From: Amphiscolops sp. MND2022
Taxonomy: Eukaryota
Assembly (NCBI GenBank): GCA_964187785.1
Contig: OZ076410.1
Location: 80,228,001-80,292,000 of the forward strand
Length of the DNA stretch: 64,000 bases
Direction of reading: 5' to 3'
The notes under the pieces are model-generated. The model was not told where the DNA came from. It was given only the letters and a program-made list of their open reading frames with translations, and searched no databases. This document shows, in pieces, positions 25,103 through 38,501 of this stretch; position 1 is the first letter of the stretch; every line of letters starts with the position of its first letter. The translations under genes and the position numbers were made by a program.

Positions 25103-27544
25103 AATGGCGGCAAAATTGTTGAGGTATCAGCTGCATTCAAAATTAGAACTGATGCATTTATCGAAACTTGCAGAACTTGGCGGCTTGAAATTGCCGCCAA
25201 AACTTTGGTGATTCTTTAAAGCAGCTTGATAAAAGTTGGCGTAAACATGGAAATATTATCGCATTAAAGTTTTCGAAAGATAATTAGAAATTCATAATAG
25301 AAGTTGCTGGCAACAGTGAAGTACATGTAAAAAGTTCAAGCTTGTTCAACAATGGTATATTATGAATGATTGTCAGAATGACCAGTTCGGTAACAAAGTC
25401 ATGATTGTTTCTTTCAAAGAATAACTTCACATTGTTAAATTTTCACACTTCGAATTATGAAAAATATCTTCATACTGTTCAATGAGCGAGTTCTGTTTGA
25501 GCATCCAAAACTTTGTGCAAGCTTTAAAAGTCACGAATTTCTTGAATCCATTCGAATAAATTGATTAATTAGCTTCCAGGTCTTTTGGGGCGTTATTACG
25601 CATAACTACTTTTAATTTTGAATATGAATTCAAGTGATTCATTTATTTAATGTTATGTAAATCAATTATCAACTGAAATTGAATTCGACGGTAATGGGAA
25701 AAAATTTGAGCTGAATATCCCTAATTGTGAACCATATTCACATTTCAATGGAAACAGCAAATTACCAAAATGCCCTCTAAGCACCTGCTAGGTATTTTTC
25801 GCTCTGCTATAATCTAGCAACGTGCATATTAAAACAGCATAAATGCTCATTTAATATAGGAGAGTTACATGATATTTTTCTGAAATTTGTTTAAACTAGC
25901 ATTATCTTAAAATGTCATGACACGTTGTTACTTTTAGAATTGCGAAAGCTCTAATAATCGCTCTAAGTTTCTCAAAATGTTAGTTACTTTTTTAAGATTT
26001 GCTGACATCTCAAATACATAGGCTTCAAACCTAAAAAATTATCGATGAATTATATGGGTGAAACTCTAATTTTATGCATACACTTAGTCTATCTTCATTC
26101 AAATTCATGAGGCCTTAATGCATGGAACCATATGTTCAACAATTTTCCATGCGATTCCTTGCTTGGCACCTGTATGGTTTCCATGCGTTTCCAATCATGT
26201 AACTAAATGGTGTTTTGTCTGAAATCATGTGAGCCTAATACCAAAAAATACACAGTAGAAATATTGTACATGGCCAACTCTCCATCATTTAATTGTAAAT
26301 GTGATTGGGTTGTTCAATTTTCTAAAAGACATCCGAACATTAACTTGGACAGAAAATATGCTTTGTTGTCCTTTTACTGAACTCACAATCTGGAACTATT
26401 TTCCATTCTGGAGATAGCATTTTTACGTTTTTCACTGCTCAATGAGTGAGAAACTGGCTCAATCAGTCAAATTTTTAAATTGCAAATGGGGATGGAATAG
26501 TTCCATACTTTTTCATCCCAGAAATGGCAAGAAATTATTGCTTTAAACCAAATGGTTCCATGCATGGTTTTGCATGAGATCGCATTTTCCTGAATGGCAA
26601 AAGTTGAAAAAAGCCGAGTTTTTTATTCATCAAATAAGAAAAATGGGTGGAAAATAAGTATTCTTCTGAATTGTGAAGTTGTCATCCAATGTAGGAGACA
26701 AAGATGAAAAATAGTGAGCTTTGATTTACTAGGCATTCACTGTTTTTTTTACAGTTACAAGTACAATCCGCTTTTAAAAGTTATTCATTCAATCTGTGAA
26801 CCAGATTTTTTCTTGCAACTGTTTTTGCCCTGACTGTCAATTGTTTCTTAACTATTGTCTCAAAAACGGGCTGATGAGGCTCTAGGAATCTCGGTCCATT
26901 AGACGCCAAAACAAGGTGCTTATAAACGAAATGAGAATGAGCGAACCATTTTTTGGAAGAATTCCTGTTTTTTAATAAATTTTTCAAGGCTGCCGTGGGA
27001 AGTGAGAAGTAGGAATTGTTTCTTGTCTATCTCCTCAGAAAGCCGTGTAGCTGCTTACACTTACCGAGAAGAGCATTCATTGGAAAAGCATGAAAGACTC
27101 TTCACTGCTTGCATGCAGAGATTCACAACTGACTTGTGATTTCAATTGCTGCTCTAAGTGACTCTAAAGCAGCACGGATGCTCCACGATAAACACTTCTA
27201 TGAGAAAGGGCATAAAGCTCTCTTTTTGTGTAGAAAAGTGATTTTTAGTGTCCAACAATTGGCCTCAGCATATTGTACAATAGATGAACTAAAAGGTATT
27301 CCTAGTTGAAAATGGTTGCGCAAGGGTTGTTTTTTTCCAAAATTTTTCTCTCACTTCAGAAACAAAATTACTCTTTGATTTGATAAAACTTGAAAATTGA
27401 AACTCAGAAACTTTTTACTCTGCGTAAGAAAATGAAAAGTGTTAGTTTTAACAGAGTTCTTTTGAAAATAACATTTGTGCCTAAGAAATTTCTGTCAGTA
27501 AAAATGAAATACTGAACTACCTACTAAACAGTCCTGCCACTTTA

Positions 27545-27607
27545 TCTAGCCACTAGTGAACAGAGTGCCTTGTTTACAAACGTGGGTTCGAATCCCACTG
27601 AGGACCA
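27545..27607 (+). pseudogene. tRNA 3'-half-like remnant
   Basis: Perfect T-arm GTGGG-TTCGAAT-CCCAC (27582-27598) followed by TGAGGACCA. No convincing D-arm or anticodon arm. Confidence 0.4.
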
Positions 27608-27696
27608 TAATAAATCCAAGCTTGAAATGATAACTATGATAATATCTATAAGATATAATATGATATAGGTTTTGAAACTGCTACTACATGTATATT

Positions 27697-27847
27697 AAAA
27701 CTGATGATGTTATATCCAAAGTTCAGCAGCTACTTTTAAACTGATGACATTATATACAATGTTTAGAAGCTATATATAAACTGATGACGTTATATCGAAG
27801 GTTCTGCAGCTATATTAAAACTGACGACGCTATATCGAAGGTTTTGT
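27697..27847. repeat. 40-bp tandem minisatellite, ~3.7 copies
   Basis: CTGAYGA at 27701, 27741, 27781 and 27821 (period exactly 40). Confidence 0.9.
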
Positions 27848-28204
27848 AGGTATTGCCAGGAAAAGGTGGGATATTGACTTTGAAGGAAGTCGAGTCGTTG
27901 TATCGTTTGAACTCAAACTACACAAAAAAGTTTTTTGCGTAGTTCATTTGTAATGCGGTTATGAGGAACAAAAGTCGGGTATGAATTGTGAATTGAGTTT
28001 TGTGAAATGATTTGCAGGAACTTTTGAGAGACATCGAAGGTACAATTTCCCAAAAAAATATGGTTTCTAAAATATGCCATGTTGGAACCAGTTATGCATA
28101 TGGGCATGAATTCGTTATCACGTCTGGGTTATATTGTTTAGTTATGTTTTTTTGCTTTCAGCACAATTTTACCTATGGGAAAGCAAAATTACTAACTCAG
28201 CTGT

Positions 28205-28960
28205 TGTAACATCAAGCTAGCAGCGTACATCCCAGAACTAAGATTGCTTAAACAGGAGACCATTGTCTTACTACAATCAAAGACATAGTTTTCTCCCAAT
28301 AAAGGTCTCTTAAGGGGACTTTTCAAACGTCGAGGAGGCTCCTCATGTTAGAGCTCCGAGGCGGCGTGTCGAAACTCTCAAAGTCCAGACCCGCCCACAA
28401 GCCTGTGAAAACGATTCCTAAGGTTCCTGCGCCTTCCAAAGTACTTCAGAGGTCCAAAAACCGTGTTTAGATAAAGTACATTGTATTATCGGAATAAGAT
28501 CTAAAACTACTAGGTCATACAATTCCAAACACCTGACAGAATGAATCGGTGAGCAAAAACTTGCCGTAAAACATGGAATCAAAGCCTCGCCATTTACGTG
28601 ATTATGCATACCAGATAAAGAGCACAACTGCAGGTTGTGGGTTTTCTGGCGTAACTAGGTGATTTTGGCATCTCTGGACATTTCTTCCTGTAGCTCTTGT
28701 CACTTTAGGTCTCCTCGGGGTTTGCATGGGGTGTATTTTGTTTCTTTCAGGAAGCTGCTGGCGGGTCCCTCTTTTGTTGCTTTTTTGTCCTTCTGTATGA
28801 TTTAAAGTGACCAATCAGGTCGGCCGTTTTTATTTTGTGCGATACTTTGAAATTTTGGTAAAGTTCAGGCAGGTGTTGGTAATGTTCTGACAGGTGTGCT
28901 GTGACAAGGCTGCTGGACGATACTTCCTCCCCGGGTCGCTGTGTATCGTCCTTGGCCAAC
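28205..28960 (-). mobile_element. LTR-like repeat with adjacent basic/Pro-rich coding remnant (copy A)
   Basis: Begins TGTAACATC. About 230 bp are homologous to 34463-34700. The adjacent minus-strand remnant MQTPRRPKVTRATGRNVQR resembles a pol C-terminus. Confidence 0.45.
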
Positions 28961-30629
28961 GAGAGTGGACGTCCACGTCTTGGTTGTCATCATCCAGTGA
29001 TATTATTTCATCAACATTGCACCTCAGGAATCCAAATGAAAGGCGCTGCCCAAAAAGAAAATGAGTTCTTTTTGCTAGTCTAGCAGGCTTTTTCTATTCT
29101 AGATTTCATACCAACAGTGGGCTGTAGCACTGGAAGAGTATTAGCAAATTTAGACACTTCTTGAAAAAGTTCGCAAACCTTTGATTTCGCACCAAAATTT
29201 GCAGCACATTTCGTTGGTGGCGTCTGTATAAAATGCACTCATCACGATAGGTCTGTCTCAAACCTGGGCCCACTTGATATGTAGGGATCTATAAAATGCA
29301 CAATAGTACTTGAATGCGCGAAGTGACTGCAGTGATCTCGACAATGTGTCGTTATGCAAACTGCACTATAGATAGCACCAATAGGGAAGCAATTATCTTA
29401 AAGCACCGAAAATCAGAACAAGTTGAACAAGAAATGACAAACTACTGCTTTTCATGACACGATATATAACATGTTAGATATGAAAGACTAAAGCATCAAT
29501 GTAAAGATAAGATATGATAGTAATATGCAATTTTATCCCGAAAATGATGAAATAGAGATGAAACACTAGGACCAACAGAAGGTAAAATCAGGCATTGGAG
29601 TGGATCAATGAAATCAGTGTTTTGCAAAAAAGTTGCACGAGAATCATTCGAATTATAAAACCACGACCGCTGACCAAGCAGTTTTCAGAGCGTCGATGCT
29701 CCGGGTGTTTTGTCATGCTGAGTGTTGATTTTTCTAGGGAGGGTACTCCTCGGGCCAATCTCTTCTCCGGCATTTTAACATTGACTTTTGTTTGAACAAC
29801 TAATGAGCTTTTGTTTTTGAGTTGTCTTTCATCTCACTCACCACTTCTCCGTAACAATGCGATGATGATAATGTGTAAAAAGAGAGTTTTTTTGGGCTCT
29901 TGAGTGTTTCTGGTTTTTCAAAATCTCAACAAAAAATTTTCATGAGCTTTCAGTTTGCGTCTACCTATCAACTTCTGGGTGAGGTCTGTCATTTTATAAA
30001 CTAATAAAGATTGGCTTTTTTTCTCGATTCCTTGTGGGAACCTGCGTATTTAAGATCTTTTGGTTGTATAGTTGCATGGAACAATGATTGTGTCCAGGCT
30101 TTGTTTTTCTTCGTTGTCAGGATAATTCAGAAATTAGGAACACATTAGTTTGGTTTCGGTTTCAGCGAAGTCATTGCTGTCTGATAATTCTTCCAGAAGT
30201 GATTCCAAAAGTGTTTTACAAGGATTGTAGCTGATGTTAGAAAGCTGTATTTCTCAATAAGCAGATCATTACTAAAAATATACGCTGTCTACTTTTTCGC
30301 GAAATCTGTGGAGCTCGTGTGGTTTAAGTCGTTGCGTAACTTAGGCCTCAAACTGTTTGGAACAACAAGCATCAATGAATAGGAATGAACTCGGATATAG
30401 CGCAATACGTTCGAAGCTCCACTTCGCTGTTTACTCTGGATCACATCATAATTCGGGTTCTGTGCAACGTTTTCGAAACTCCCCCTCTCTTTAGTGAAAC
30501 GCAACTTACCTTGCATAAAACGTCAGAAACTTGGATAGATTTGAAAAAAGTTTTTGGTGGATTTATACTGAGAAAACCTAATTCCAGACGAAAATTTAAA
30601 ATATTTTAAACAGTCTCTTGTTCCAAAAC

Positions 30630-30850
30630 GTGTAAACGAAGGACTATCGGGGATTTTTTATCATTCACTATTTTGCAAAATATAAAAAAAAACGAAAGTG
30701 GGTCCCTTTGGAGACATTAAACTGTTTCGAAAGAAGACACTCACAGTTTTTTAAAAAAAATCAAAAGTGGCCTATTAATCTCGTCCGTCATTGTAGGTTA
30801 CGTTAAAATAGGAACAAATAAAAGAGGGGGGAACCTTTGCACTGACTTAG
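30630..30850. repeat. Partial internal segment of the GGGGACCC-motif dispersed family
   Basis: GGGTCCCTTTGGAGACAT and related A-run motifs are shared with 61033-61515. Confidence 0.4.
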
Positions 30851-33772
30851 GTGTGTTTCCACCGGCGGACTTGGCCGGTCCAGTTGTTTAGAAGTTTCTG
30901 TAAAATGTTTCTCGCATACAGTCTGTTAACTGACGAAAACAAACACTTGCCACTGTAACAGTTGCGCTCATTTTCTGCAAGAATGTATCGACTATAAAAC
31001 ACCCCAAAACTGAATTTATCAAAGGTAATTCATCCGATAATTATTACCGCGCATACGATTGTATTTTTATTTTCAATGATTTACATTCGACCTCCCAATT
31101 GAATAGGTTTTGAATGGTGAAAATGTCAGATTGATGCGAAATCATATCTTCTTAATGATAGAAAACAACAAACACGAAGAAAGTACTCACGTGTTTCTCG
31201 TATACTGTTACAATATACCTTTGAAAAGCATCCAACACCTTCGACCAAGAGCATAAACTTATAAGAATGGTCACTCCCGGAGTGGTTTGCGGCTGCAGTC
31301 GAATAGGCTACGGACGAGGGCATGGTTGCACTGCTAAACTAGCTAAAAGGTATTTTGGTCATTGTTATAAATAACTTGTTTTAAATCAAAACTTGTTTTA
31401 AATAGAATAAACTGTTACTTATTTAAGGAATAAGCGGCCATTTTTGAGCAGAATTGAAACGGAAATGAACGCCAAAAATGAACAGATTAAAATAATTTTC
31501 ACGCAATTCCGCTGAGAGATTAAGTAGCCCAAGTTTACAGTCATTCTCAACCTGAAACCAGTATTAATACTAAGTGAGAATTAAAATTATAAAATTATAG
31601 ACTAATCTAAACAGAAATTAAACGGATAACGATTCTCCAAATAAGAACATACTCTGACCTAAAACAGAAAACACACCCGTGACACGCAATAAAAGAATTA
31701 CACCTTTCTGAGAAAAGGCAGCATAATTGCTCTTTGGAAGGCAATTAAAGCGAAATGAGACAAATAGATGTCGTTGAGCAAACTAATATGGCCGTGGCAG
31801 CTAATATTCGTTACAGGTGTGAAGTCAGCACTACATCACTATAATGACAGGTAGCAAGATTTCATTCCAAATCTTGATCGATACTACGTCATGGCTACGG
31901 CAGCATTTTGTCATTTGATCTTGGGCGTCAATTGTAGAACTTTAAATCTTCTTCGTCGCTTTCAACCTGACACGTCAACGTCGAGCTCATATCGTATCTG
32001 CTGCCATAATTTATCTGGAATTTTGGGTTAGGTTTTTCTATGACATTTTATGTAGCAAGGACAGAGAGTTACGCCTCCTGGAACGTTTTATTTTCCCCCA
32101 ATTTCCAATTTCGGAAAAGGAATTCATCAACAGAGCCGCGTTATAACGTTGCCGTATTTGATGTCGTACCGATATTGAGGATTTTGTGGAGTGTGGAGTA
32201 GTATGTGTTTGTGGAGGTCTTTGAACTTTTTGGTTGACCCCAAACTGACCCTCAAAATCACAAGAGAAGTGAAAGCGAATTCCTTTTTAAAAGCTTTTTG
32301 TTGCATGGTTGTTCAGTTGTCAGTTATTCTTCTGGGTTGGAAAATCCAAAAGGGATTGGAAAATCCAAGTCGAAAGGATCAAGTATATAAGCTGCTGGAG
32401 AAAAAATGACAACAGTTTCCAATTAACCACTTTTTGCCATTATGACAGTTTTTGCGAACTTTCGTTAGTTTAAAACTTCTAAAACTTCGAGGCCGAATTA
32501 AAAACAACCAAAACGCTTTTTGAAGTGAAATTCGAAACATTTTGCTCAGAAAGTGTCTCAAAAAGACCCCAAGAAACCTGAAACTTTTTTTAAAAATCCA
32601 ACATTTGTCTTCCTTGGCAATTTGTGCAATTTTCAAACATTTTCGTGGGTCAGTAAGATCAGATCCTAGATAAAACAGCAACTATCCGGGATGTTTCTGG
32701 AGAGAAACGAGAATACTTGAATGAAAAAGCGTCCTAAATTAACACCAATATACTCGAAAAAGTTTGTACAACACTTTTTTTTACAGCGAAATCCGAATTG
32801 TCATGTTGAAGAAGTGCCTCTCATTAAGCACAAAAAACATGAAAATTTCGAACAAAAAACATGAAAATTTCAAGCGAATTTTCAGGCAATTTTTTTACTG
32901 TTTTTGGGCGTGACGGAAAACTGGATAACCGAAAAAATTGACAAAGAACCAGCTAGTAATTCGATAAAAGTTGTCACAATGCTGTGCTTTCGCATATTCA
33001 AAAACTTTGTTTTTTGAGACTTGAGCGAGGCACCGATTTCGGCCTTCACAACTTGTTTGTAGGAACAGCCATCTAGAATGCACAACAAACAAAACTGGAG
33101 AAACTGCTGTTCTGGGGAAAAGGGCAAAAATGCAGGCGACGACAATTAGGCTATGAAACGAACAACTAAGCTATATCATCTATATCGATAACGGTACCAT
33201 TCATCTTTATGTCGCACAAAAACACAAAAAAAACACAACACCACAGAAAAGACTTGTTAGAAAAGAGGTCTCGAATAAAAAGAAAACGGAAATGCTTAAC
33301 GTGGGAACGACATCGGAGGAAATGGCTACTACTAATCAATGAACTGAAAGCAACTCAACATTGCTAAAGTTTGATCAATTTCAAAGCAAAAGGTTCCGAC
33401 AAGAACCAATCAAAACAACCGATCCCTCAGCAAAACAATAAAATACGACATATACCAAAAAGAACACGATAAAGAAAGATAGGAAAGAAAAGAAAAATCA
33501 AAACCGACACATGGGCTACAACGGGAAAACACAACGCAAGACAAGAACCATACGAAGTACAAACGCGTGAATCGGAGTGCATAGAATGCAGAAACAAAAA
33601 TTGGGATGAAAACACTATTCGCCTTTCAAAAACAATTGTCGAAAATGTGAAAAAAATGCACTTCAAGAAAACATGTAGATCGAAAACAATAAACAAATTA
33701 ATCGAAGAATCAGTGTCAAACAAAGACGAACAATCGATCGAACAATGCAGTTCATTTTGTGATTATGCATTT

Positions 33773-34222
33773 AAACAAGCCGGGACCGGCCCAAGTTGGC
33801 GCTATAAGGCTCAAAAATAGCAAAAGGACTTCAAAGTGTCGAATTATTCGCTACTACAGTACCTGAAAAACCCGAAAAGTTGGACCGAATTGGCGCGCCG
33901 GGGGGACCCTTTCGGATTTTTTAACATCCATTGTTGCAAAACATCAAAAAATTGAAGGCGGACCCTTTGGTGAAAAAAAAATCCGAAAAAAAGTCTCACA
34001 ATGCTAAAAAAACTCAAAGGGGGACCCTTCAGTCTCTCCTGGTATTGTATGTTACGCGGACAAAGAAAAAAAAACCTTTTTGGTTCAGTTCGCTAGGTCA
34101 AATGATTCAATTTGGGACCATAAAATTTCGTAAAACTTTTAAGAACTATTATGGTCAGTTTGTGTGGATTGAAAAAAGTCACTATAATAGTCGCGTTTTA
34201 CTTCATGAAGGGCCGACTAAAA
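33773..34222 (-). mobile_element. Helentron-associated-like (HINE/DINE-1-type) non-autonomous element, variant subfamily
   Basis: 5' TTTTAGTCGGCCCTTCATGAAG...CGACT hairpin. 3' subterminal GCGCCAACT, then hairpin GCCG-GTCC-CGGC, then TTGTT. Confidence 0.6.
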
Positions 34223-34462
34223 CTCATATTGGATTTGGATAATCGCCATCTGAAGTACTCTACATAAGACAACATATGCAGGAGGTTCACAATTTTCAAG
34301 CTAGCACTAAACAAACGCTTGATTGGCCAAAATGGAAACAAGTTTTTGCCAATCACGATACTTGTTATAGGTATGCGAGACAGGAACATCGGTGGACCGT
34401 GATATCATCTCATCTCAGAACGTTAATCAACCTTCAACAAATTCCCCAATAAGATATTGGAA

Positions 34463-35138
34463 TGTAACATCCACCTAGCAGCGTACATCATAGAAGTGGG
34501 GTAATGCCTAGGGTGCTTAAACAGGAGACGGTTGTCTTACTACAGCCCTAGACATCCGTTTTGTCCCAAAATGGTCTTCCAGGGGGACTTTCCATACGTC
34601 TAAGGAGACTCCTCTGCCTCTGTTAGAGCTCCGAGGCGACGTGCCGGCACTCTCAAAGTCCGGGCACGCCCCGCAAGCCTGTAAAAACGACTCCTAAGGT
34701 TCCGAACGTTCCTGCCCTGCGACTTCCTACATACTCCCGAGATCTAAAAACAGAGGTTTAGCCAAAGTGCACTTTATTCACAAAATAACGTCTAAAAACA
34801 AAGACCTAATTGGTCAAACAGTATCAAGTACCTGTGAAACTACATTGATATTAACAGAATTATTAATCTTAAGTTTTTCTGGGTCTTTCATGTGGGTTTC
34901 GGAGTTCTCGATAAAGTCCCTTGATGGGTTGTACGTCTTTTTCGAGTCTTCTCAGGCATTTTTTGGGTTGAGATGGCACAACACTGGAATTCTCGGCCTT
35001 CTCCTTCTTCTGGGGCTCTTTTCTGCTTGTCGTTTGCACATCGGGGTGGGGTGGGGGTGTCCATTTTGAATTGACTTATTTGATATCGCACTCTTTTTGA
35101 ATTTCAACGAAATTTTGTTTCGGCTGCCTGACGTTACA
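34463..35138 (-). mobile_element. LTR-like repeat (copy B)
   Basis: Begins TGTAACATC and is homologous to 28205-28430. Minus-strand AATAAA at ~34775. Possible other end GACGTTACA at 35138, but no matching TSD. Confidence 0.45.
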
Positions 35139-35571
35139 GAATAAACGGGCCATACCGTTTTAACAGAAAGTGAAAGAAGATTACAAAGAAAATTAGTATT
35201 CAAATCGTTGTAGTTTCATCCCAATGAGAGTGTAGTGTGAAAAAAAAGTCGCGATATCTATTGTCATGATGGTTGATACCAAAAGATATCTTTGCATCCA
35301 CAAAGGCCAACAAAAGGAAAGGGAAGACGAATTGAAGGCAAATACTTCTATTCCCAAGTCAGCGCCGGAGACACAGGAAGAACAAACTTATACAAATGAC
35401 AAAAAGTTCAAGTCTGAATGTAATCACACCATCGTTGCCACTGTAGACTAGAAATTTACAAAAGGCAATAGCAAATTGAAAAACATTCACGATGGTAAAA
35501 AACGGCGCTTCTCACTAGGACACTCTTATGTCTTCTTGTTTTTCTATCTAAATTTTTACAAGGTTTATCTA

Positions 35572-35732
35572 CCCAGTGTAAAATATCTTGAAACTCTTGT
35601 CAAGAATCTTACAATTTCCTGAAACCCTTGGTAAGAATCTTGACAAGATTCTTACCAAGAGCGCCAAGAATATGTACGATCTTGCAAGATCTTGCCAAGA
35701 ACTTCAAGAAAAATGCCTAATTTTTTCGACTG
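35572..35732. mobile_element. Short degenerate MITE-like element with CTTG/CAAG motif array
   Basis: TA|CCCAGTGTAAAAT left end and a degenerate AATTTTTTCGACTG right end. Interior is made of CTTG/CAAG palindromic motifs. Confidence 0.4.
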
Positions 35733-37537
35733 AAAAAACGCAGAAAAAGTGTCTGTGCTCCACCTTTTTTTCATTGAGCAGAGAAAATGCTATTTAACTA
35801 TTCGGTCGTTCCTTGAAGATATTCTTTTTGAAGTATTTGAGCGGAATTTGTTTCAAACTGGCACCGGATCCTCAAGAGAATTCCATCTAATTCTAATTGA
35901 ATAAAGTTTACTGTCTTTTTTTTTGGGGGGGGGGGGGGTATTTACGGAAATTTGACGGAATTGGGTTACTTAATTCAAAAAAGGCATTCAAAACATTCTA
36001 GAAAGGTTGAAAGGATGCTTTTTTTTCAGAAATGCAAAAGAAATAAACCTAATCGAACTGCAACTTTTCTGCAAGACTTTTCCATGCAACAAAATACTCA
36101 CTGGTTTATCTTAATGTTTGTCGTCCTTAATACTTTGCGTTTTTTCGTAAACAAATGATCAGTTTTACAGTGGCGAGTTTTTTTCTCCTACTGGCACAGA
36201 AGGGTTCTTTTTTGTCCACCACCTTCAAAGTTTTTAAAGTGAAATTGAAATTCTAACAGTCAATACAGTACTGTAGAAAAGTACAGAAACATGAGCTCAA
36301 AATCCATTCTCTTGTTCCTGCGCGGCTATAGCTTGTACGATACGAAACACAAACTGCCATAGAATTGGAGCTGTTAATTTTCTCTATTCGTCGGGGAAAT
36401 GGAAGGGATCCCGAAATTTCTGCTTAGGAAGCAATACATCAGATATCGAAAAAAGAAAAGCTTTCTATCTTCTGAGAATTCTTCAACAAATTCAATTCTC
36501 TTGCGGTTTTTAATTCGTAATGTACAAGCTATAGCCGCCACATGAGCAATAGAATAGATTTTGAGCTCGCGTTCGAGTCATACAAAACAGGTATTCAAAC
36601 AAAGGTGTTTCTTCGTCCAAACGTAATCTCACTTCGACCGAACTCACTGCAGACTCCCGGATAAAAATCAAATTGAAGATTGATAGTTGGCAAAAAGTTT
36701 GAAAAGTTGGTAAAATAGAAACGAGCCTCTGTAGGAAGAAAGAAACTTCGAAGAAGGAAATCGTTTTCTGCACTTTTTTCACGTGGCCGCGTGGACCTTT
36801 TCGGAAGCTTCTATGGGTTTCAATAATTTCACAGCAGGAAACTATTAGGCCTAGTAGGTCTTTAGGCCATTAGGTCTTGATGGCCTAGTAGTCAACGCGT
36901 TGGCTTGAGAAGTTGCTGAAAAACAAAATTGCTTTATTTCAAAACTATCTAAAAAGCGTTTACAGGGTATTGTATATACGGTAATATAATTCGGATGTAA
37001 TGGTAAAAACCCGGCTATAGCACTTTTATCGTGTTTTTGCGTTTTGCCATGCGGAAAATGGATTGCTTGAATCTTATGAACGCCGAAATTTGAATCTCTT
37101 TAAAATGAATCATTTTAGTAGCACTTTCGTATCTAAGGCATATCTACTATTTTTTTGGAATCCGGATTTACCTTTGTTTCTACACTTCCACTGGTGAAAA
37201 TCGGTACACTTCAAATGTAGAAAATGGCCTTCAAATTGGTACACTTTTTGAAGGAATCTGAAGAGTCCTCCTTCAGTGCAACTGACACTTTACATTCTTA
37301 ACTCAACTAGAAGAGGCATCATGTTCCAACAAAAAATGAAGATATCAGAAACATGAACGTTCTTTTGCCTTTTGTAACATAAAAGTTGTTTGCTGTACTT
37401 TTTTAAAGTGAAGGTCTTCAAAATGGGCAGTTTTGAAAACTTTATCGGGGTTTAAACCCTATTTTTTTCGAATCTTCGCCTCATAATGCCGTACTTCATT
37501 TCCAGAAAGCTGTTCCAGATAATTTGACGACTCAGTG

Positions 37538-38033
37538 TTTTTAGTCGGCGCTTTTCTTAAGAAAAGAGCCCGACTATTACAGTCACTCGTTTTTTTTTCT
37601 TTTTTTATTTAAGACAGACTCGAAGCGACGAACGTTAAAATTAACGTTCAACTACTAAATACAGTACTACTAAAATACTGGCAGCGCATTTGAGATAGTG
37701 CAAAGGGTCCCCCCTTTCAGTAAGTCCATTTTTATCGTAAGATACAAATTATGACGAGACTATAGGGTCCCCCCTTTGAGTTTTTTCCGGCACTGTGCGA
37801 CTTTTTTTTCGGAATTTTTTTTGTCCCCAAAGGGTCCCCCCTTCGAGTTTTTTGGTATTTTGCAACGGAATGTATGTTAATAAATCCAGAAGGATCCCCC
37901 TTTTACATTTTTCGGCACTATGCGACTTTTTTTGAAAGAAAATTTTTTTTCAAAAATTTCAATTTTTTTCCAATTTTTTTTGCGCTTTTTGAGCCTCAGA
38001 TATGGCGCCGACTTTAGACGTTCCCGTCTTGTT
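37538..38033 (+). mobile_element. Helentron-associated-like (HINE/DINE-1-type) non-autonomous element
   Basis: T-run plus subTIR AGTCGGCGC. 5' fold-back around the perfect palindrome CTTTTCTTAAGAAAAG. 3' subTIR GCGCCGACT, stem-loop AGACG-TTCC-CGTCT, end TGTT. Inverted copy at 61033-61515. Confidence 0.65.
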
Positions 38034-38501
38034 GAAGAGAAACAGCAACTTCCTGTTGGAAAATTTGAGAGTTGCGGTATGTATACACAGTAGCCTTCAG
38101 GAAGACCGAGGCACCTATACAAGCTTTATATTAGCGTTTAGCTCTATGTAAAACAGATGCTGATTTGTGATATTTTTAAAGTTTGCTGAGAACTGCATGT
38201 GTTAGGGTACGAAAGTATCACAGTACCACTGTGCTTCTTGTTTTTGTATCATTCAGACCGAAATAAAACTTAGAAATCAAATTTTCTCTCAAACTTTAAA
38301 GATGACCCTATTTTTGCAATTTTTCAAAGTAAAAAGAATCTGAAAGTTTAGAATTTAGATACGAGAATTTGAAAGTTGATCTGGTCAATATAATGTGCAA
38401 ATAAAAACATGAAAAGTGTCTAACAAAACGCCCACAACCGGATATTCTCACCTTATGGCTCAACGTTCTATGGTTCAACGTGATAACTACAGAATTTCCA
38501 T

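Noticed and set aside
27697-27847. Tandem minimal hammerhead ribozymes (CTGATGA cores)
   Set aside because: The required GAAA is absent (CCAAA, ACAAT, CGAAG) and no stems I/III can be drawn.
29560-30290. LINE endonuclease remnant
   Set aside because: Only vague compositional similarity; no GDFN or SDH motif could be read.
31126-31323. Possible downstream GPCR exon (donor-like CAC|GTGAGT)
   Set aside because: No frame resembles TM6/TM7, so it cannot be assigned.
34463-35138. Complete solo LTR with TSD
   Set aside because: Ends are TGTAACATC/GACGTTACA, but the flanks (GGAA vs GAAT) do not match and the distal part looks coding. Kept only as LTR-like.
35916-35938. T9-G14 homopolymer as a functional G-quadruplex
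   Set aside because: An isolated run with no supporting context; homopolymer length is also error-prone.
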